NCBI RefSeq assembly: GCF_051097895.1
Contig: NZ_CP142525.1
Coordinates: forward strand, 810,001 to 842,000
Source: Psychrobacter sp. HD31
GTDB taxonomy: Bacteria > Pseudomonadota > Gammaproteobacteria > Pseudomonadales > Moraxellaceae
Direction of reading: 5' to 3'
Length of the DNA stretch: 32,000 nucleotides
The number at the start of each line of letters is the position of its first letter. Position 1 is the stretch's first letter. Below the pieces are notes generated by a model. It ran no database searches, had not been told where the DNA came from, and saw nothing but the letters and a program-made list of their open reading frames with translations. Of this stretch, positions 28,556 to 32,000 are shown piece by piece. The position numbers were made by a program, and so were the translations under genes.

Positions 28556-30949
28556 TTAGAATACATTACCAATCTGGAACTGTATTTTCTCAGTCTTGTC
28601 GCCTTCTTTATCGTTAAATGGTACCGCATAACTTAATGAAATAGGACCAATGGGCGTATACCAGGTTGTACCCACACCCGCACTATAGCGGAATTCATTG
28701 TCTTGCTCTAATAGCGGAATGTCCTTCGCTTTACCGTAAGAAAACTTTTCGTCTTCTTTACCGGTTGTATCAAATACTTGACCACCTTCAACAAACAACA
28801 CTGGACGTACTTTATCGGTCCAATCTCCTTTAAATGGCAACGGTAAAATTAGCTCGGTACCAAAAGTTGCAACGGCATTACCGCCAACTTCTTCATGCAC
28901 ATAGTTTTTATCAACCTGAGTATCATAAAGGGCTTGAGACGTTGGACCTAAACTTGAGGTATCATAACCACGTACTGAGCCATAACCCCCAGCATAAAAG
29001 TTTTCATAAAACGGTAAATCATTACCATAACCAAGTTTGGTATAACCCCGCAATACAAAATTGTCTTTATACAGTGGGTAATAAATATTACCTTTATAAA
29101 CCGCTTTTTGATATGTTTTATCGCCAAAACCAAGGGTTAAGTCAACATCATGACTGATACCTTTTGTAGGAAACACAGGTTTATCTAAGCTGCTATAGTT
29201 CCAACCTAACAGTAGGTTATAAGTCGTGTAGTCGTTTTCTAAAGTAAATCTTTGATCATCATTACTCGTAAACTCTTTTATATCAACACCATCATCCAGC
29301 ATGTCTTGTACATTAGAAATACCCATCCAACGTCCACCACGTACTTTTGTTTTATCAACATTTAAGCCTGCACTAAGACGGATGTTTTCATTAACTGGGT
29401 ATCCATAACGCAATGTACCACCATAAGAATCCATCACATAGTTACTCACATTTTTATCATCGTATTTTGTTTTACGATAATAACCATTGATACTTTGCGA
29501 TACACCATCTTCAGTAAAATAAGGGTTGGTTAAACCAAGGCTATAGCTATCACGAGATTCTGTTCGAGTAAAGCCTAAGTTAACTCGGTTACCTGTACCC
29601 ATAAAGTTACGCTGAGATAAATCTGCCTGGAACGTCAAACCACCACTTTGAGAATAACCAGCAGCTAATGTAGAACTGCCTGTGGCTTGCTCCTCTACCG
29701 TGTAATTTATATCAACCTGATCTGGTTGATTTGGTACTGGCACGACATCAACTTTTACATCCTTAAAAAATCCAGTGCGCATTAAGCGGGTGCGTGACAG
29801 TTGAATTTTTTCATTAGACGACAATGCCCCTTCTAGTTGTCGCATTTCGCGGCGTAGGACTTCATCTTCTGTTTTGGTATTACCAACAAAATTAATACGA
29901 CGCACATAAACTGGCTCTGATTGATTCATAAAATATTCTACATCAACCGTTTTATTTGCATCATTAATACGCGTAATAGGACGAACTTCTGCAAAGTAAA
30001 AACCATCATTACCAAAATGGTTAGCAATTGCGCTGGTTGTTTTTTCTAGTTCAGCCTTTGAGAAGAGGTCACCTTTTTTAAAGGTCACTAAATCTGCCAA
30101 TATAGCTTCGTCATAAGTTTTGTCACCTTTAAAACCAACGCTATTAAAGTTATATTGCTCGCCTTCTGTGATATCAACATTAATATTCACGCTTTTTTTA
30201 TCATCGCTTAATTTTGCATCTGCCACATTAACTTTTGCACGAACAAAACCTTCGTTCATGTACATGGTTTTCAGTTTTTCAACACTTGCTGCCAATTTAT
30301 CTTTTGCATAACGGTCAGAGTTACTTAAAAAGCGATACCATGCGCTCTCTTTTAATAAAAATGCGCGTTTAACATCACCATCACTAAAATGGTTATTGCC
30401 ACTTACATTAATGTCGACAACTTTTGCTGCTTTGCCTTCATCAAAAGTAATATCTAATTTGACACGGTTACCATCTAATAAAGTCTGATTAACCTTAATA
30501 TCACTGTTATGGTAGCCTTGTAATATGTACTGTTGTTGTAGCTCGTTTGCAACCCCATTTAATGTCGACTGTTTAAGGACATTCCCTGGTGCCAAACCTG
30601 CTGTTTTTAGCCCAGCATCCAAACCTTTTGTAGGAATTAATGAGTTACCATCAAAATTAACTTCGGCAATAATTGGTCGTTCAACAACCTCAAATAAAAC
30701 CTTACCATTATTAACAGTCGATTGGATATTAGCAAAGTTACCTGTTTCGTACAGAGCTTCAATACTTTGTGCCAAACGTGCTTCTGTTAGGCTACTACCA
30801 GCAGAAATCGGTAATAATGGGTACAAGCTGGTTTGAGACAAACGTTGTAAACCACTAAACTCAATATCCGTCACTATTTGCTCTGCATGCGCAGATACGG
30901 ATATCATCGCTGCAACTAATGGAAGTACTACAAGGTTAGAATGTTTCAT
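28556..30949 (-). CDS. bamA: outer membrane protein assembly factor BamA
   Basis: 797 aa. It has a signal peptide (..SAHA/EQ), POTRA repeats and a C-terminal beta-barrel ending QFQIGNVF. Confidence 0.96.
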   Translation of the reverse strand: MKHSNLVVLPLVAAMISVSAHAEQIVTDIEFSGLQRLSQTSLYPLLPISAGSSLTEARLAQSIEALYETGNFANIQSTVNNGKVLFEVVERPIIAEVNFDGNSLIPTKGLDAGLKTAGLAPGNVLKQSTLNGVANELQQQYILQGYHNSDIKVNQTLLDGNRVKLDITFDEGKAAKVVDINVSGNNHFSDGDVKRAFLLKESAWYRFLSNSDRYAKDKLAASVEKLKTMYMNEGFVRAKVNVADAKLSDDKKSVNINVDITEGEQYNFNSVGFKGDKTYDEAILADLVTFKKGDLFSKAELEKTTSAIANHFGNDGFYFAEVRPITRINDANKTVDVEYFMNQSEPVYVRRINFVGNTKTEDEVLRREMRQLEGALSSNEKIQLSRTRLMRTGFFKDVKVDVVPVPNQPDQVDINYTVEEQATGSSTLAAGYSQSGGLTFQADLSQRNFMGTGNRVNLGFTRTESRDSYSLGLTNPYFTEDGVSQSINGYYRKTKYDDKNVSNYVMDSYGGTLRYGYPVNENIRLSAGLNVDKTKVRGGRWMGISNVQDMLDDGVDIKEFTSNDDQRFTLENDYTTYNLLLGWNYSSLDKPVFPTKGISHDVDLTLGFGDKTYQKAVYKGNIYYPLYKDNFVLRGYTKLGYGNDLPFYENFYAGGYGSVRGYDTSSLGPTSQALYDTQVDKNYVHEEVGGNAVATFGTELILPLPFKGDWTDKVRPVLFVEGGQVFDTTGKEDEKFSYGKAKDIPLLEQDNEFRYSAGVGTTWYTPIGPISLSYAVPFNDKEGDKTEKIQFQIGNVF

Positions 30950-31086
30950 AAATGATGTTCTCGTAATTGTATTTAATCTTCATTTAATTTGACTAAGGTA
31001 AGGTAAATGCGACCTTTTGTCTATAGTTTTACAAAATATTTCTTAATAAAAACGCCAGCGTAACAAATGCCTACATAAAAGTTTCA

Positions 31087-32000
31087 TTACAGCAATCTAC
31101 CAATATCCAATGTGATTGCCAATAGCATTAAACTCATCATTAATAGCATCCCAATATTAAGCCCTATTAATTGCGTTTTTTCAGATAATGGTTTGCCTCT
31201 TATCAGCTCAATTAGGTAATACAACATATGCCCACCATCCAATACCGGAATTGGTAATAAGTTAAGCACGGCAAGACTAACGCTAATGATTGCAGCAAAA
31301 GAAACCACTGCTTGCCAGCTAATTTCGAACGTTTGTTTAGCAACTTTAGCAATGGTAATAGGACCTGATATATTTTCAATCCCTATCATGCCAGTTAACA
31401 TTTTTCCCATAGATTTAAGCGTCATCCATGACATGCTCCCCGTTTTATCAAAGCTTTTGCCAATGGCAGTGATAGGATCATAAACCACCATTTTTTTATA
31501 ACTTTCTGGCACTTTAATATCAACAGGCTTAACACCTGCACCTAAAAAGCCAACTTCTCTGCCATTATCATCTTTTTTGCCTTGTGGCATAATTTGTAAT
31601 TCAACCGCACTGCCCTGACGTAGTACCGTGAAAGCAAGTAATTTTTCTGGATTTTCCTGAATCATGTTGACGGCAGATAACCAGTCATTAATTTTAGTAC
31701 CATTAATATGCGTGATGACATCTCCCACTTGCATACCCTGACGGATTGCTGCACCATCTTCGCTTAACTGCCCAACTACCGGTTTGATTTTTGGTTGCCA
31801 AGGTGCTACACCCAAAGCCGCTAATGGACTTTTGCCTTTATCGTCACCTTGCATAAATTCTTTAATAGCAACTGGATAGTTTTTTGTTGTATTGAGTGCC
31901 GTATCACCCTGATAAGGTGTCACTGTAACCGTGATATTTTTGGTTTCTCCCATATAATCAGCTAATTTATAATTAATTGCTTCCCAGTCATTTACTGGTT
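31087..32000 (-). CDS. rseP: RIP metalloprotease RseP (site-2 protease), C-terminal part; 5' end beyond the window
   Basis: The reading frame stays open past the listed ATG 31953 to the window edge (..PVNDWEAINYKLADYMGETK..). A PDZ region and the C-terminal NLLPIPVLDGGH motif are present. The N-terminal HExxH would lie outside the window. Confidence 0.9.
   Translation of the reverse strand, partial: PVNDWEAINYKLADYMGETKNITVTVTPYQGDTALNTTKNYPVAIKEFMQGDDKGKSPLAALGVAPWQPKIKPVVGQLSEDGAAIRQGMQVGDVITHINGTKINDWLSAVNMIQENPEKLLAFTVLRQGSAVELQIMPQGKKDDNGREVGFLGAGVKPVDIKVPESYKKMVVYDPITAIGKSFDKTGSMSWMTLKSMGKMLTGMIGIENISGPITIAKVAKQTFEISWQAVVSFAAIISVSLAVLNLLPIPVLDGGHMLYYLIELIRGKPLSEKTQLIGLNIGMLLMMSLMLLAITLDIGRLL

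Overview
This is an AT-rich gammaproteobacterial chromosome segment. Gene content and synteny (dut-phosphohexomutase-argB, leuS-lptE-holA, queA-tgt, rseP-bamA-lpxD-fabZ-lpxA) look Moraxellaceae-like, but that is a family-level guess from memory. The window is almost wall-to-wall housekeeping: about 30 CDS plus one tRNA-Lys(UUU) with its own promoter and terminator. I see no CRISPR array, transposase, integrase, phage genes or recognisable defence genes, and no unexplained non-coding stretch longer than about 290 nt. The only part that behaves like rearranged or accessory DNA is about 13.7-26.1 kb, between tgt and lpxA. It holds two things. (1) An ABC importer of a poorly characterised family, with two tandem paralogous lipoprotein binding proteins, each its own transcription unit, and a possible leader-peptide attenuator ahead of the permease/ATPase pair. 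(2) A minus-strand methionine cluster. It starts with an NSS transporter plus a 43-codon MetS-like small subunit that is absent from the ORF track. An operon follows in which cobalamin-dependent methionine synthase is split at the homocysteine/pterin domain boundary, a 10-TM DMT-fold transporter gene sits between the two halves, and metF comes last. The split MetH with the embedded transporter is my best candidate for something not yet described, but it is a hypothesis resting on gene context only. The otherwise conserved skp gene is missing between bamA and lpxD. Several ORF-track starts are upstream TTG or in-frame extensions; I give refined starts where an SD-like motif supports them.
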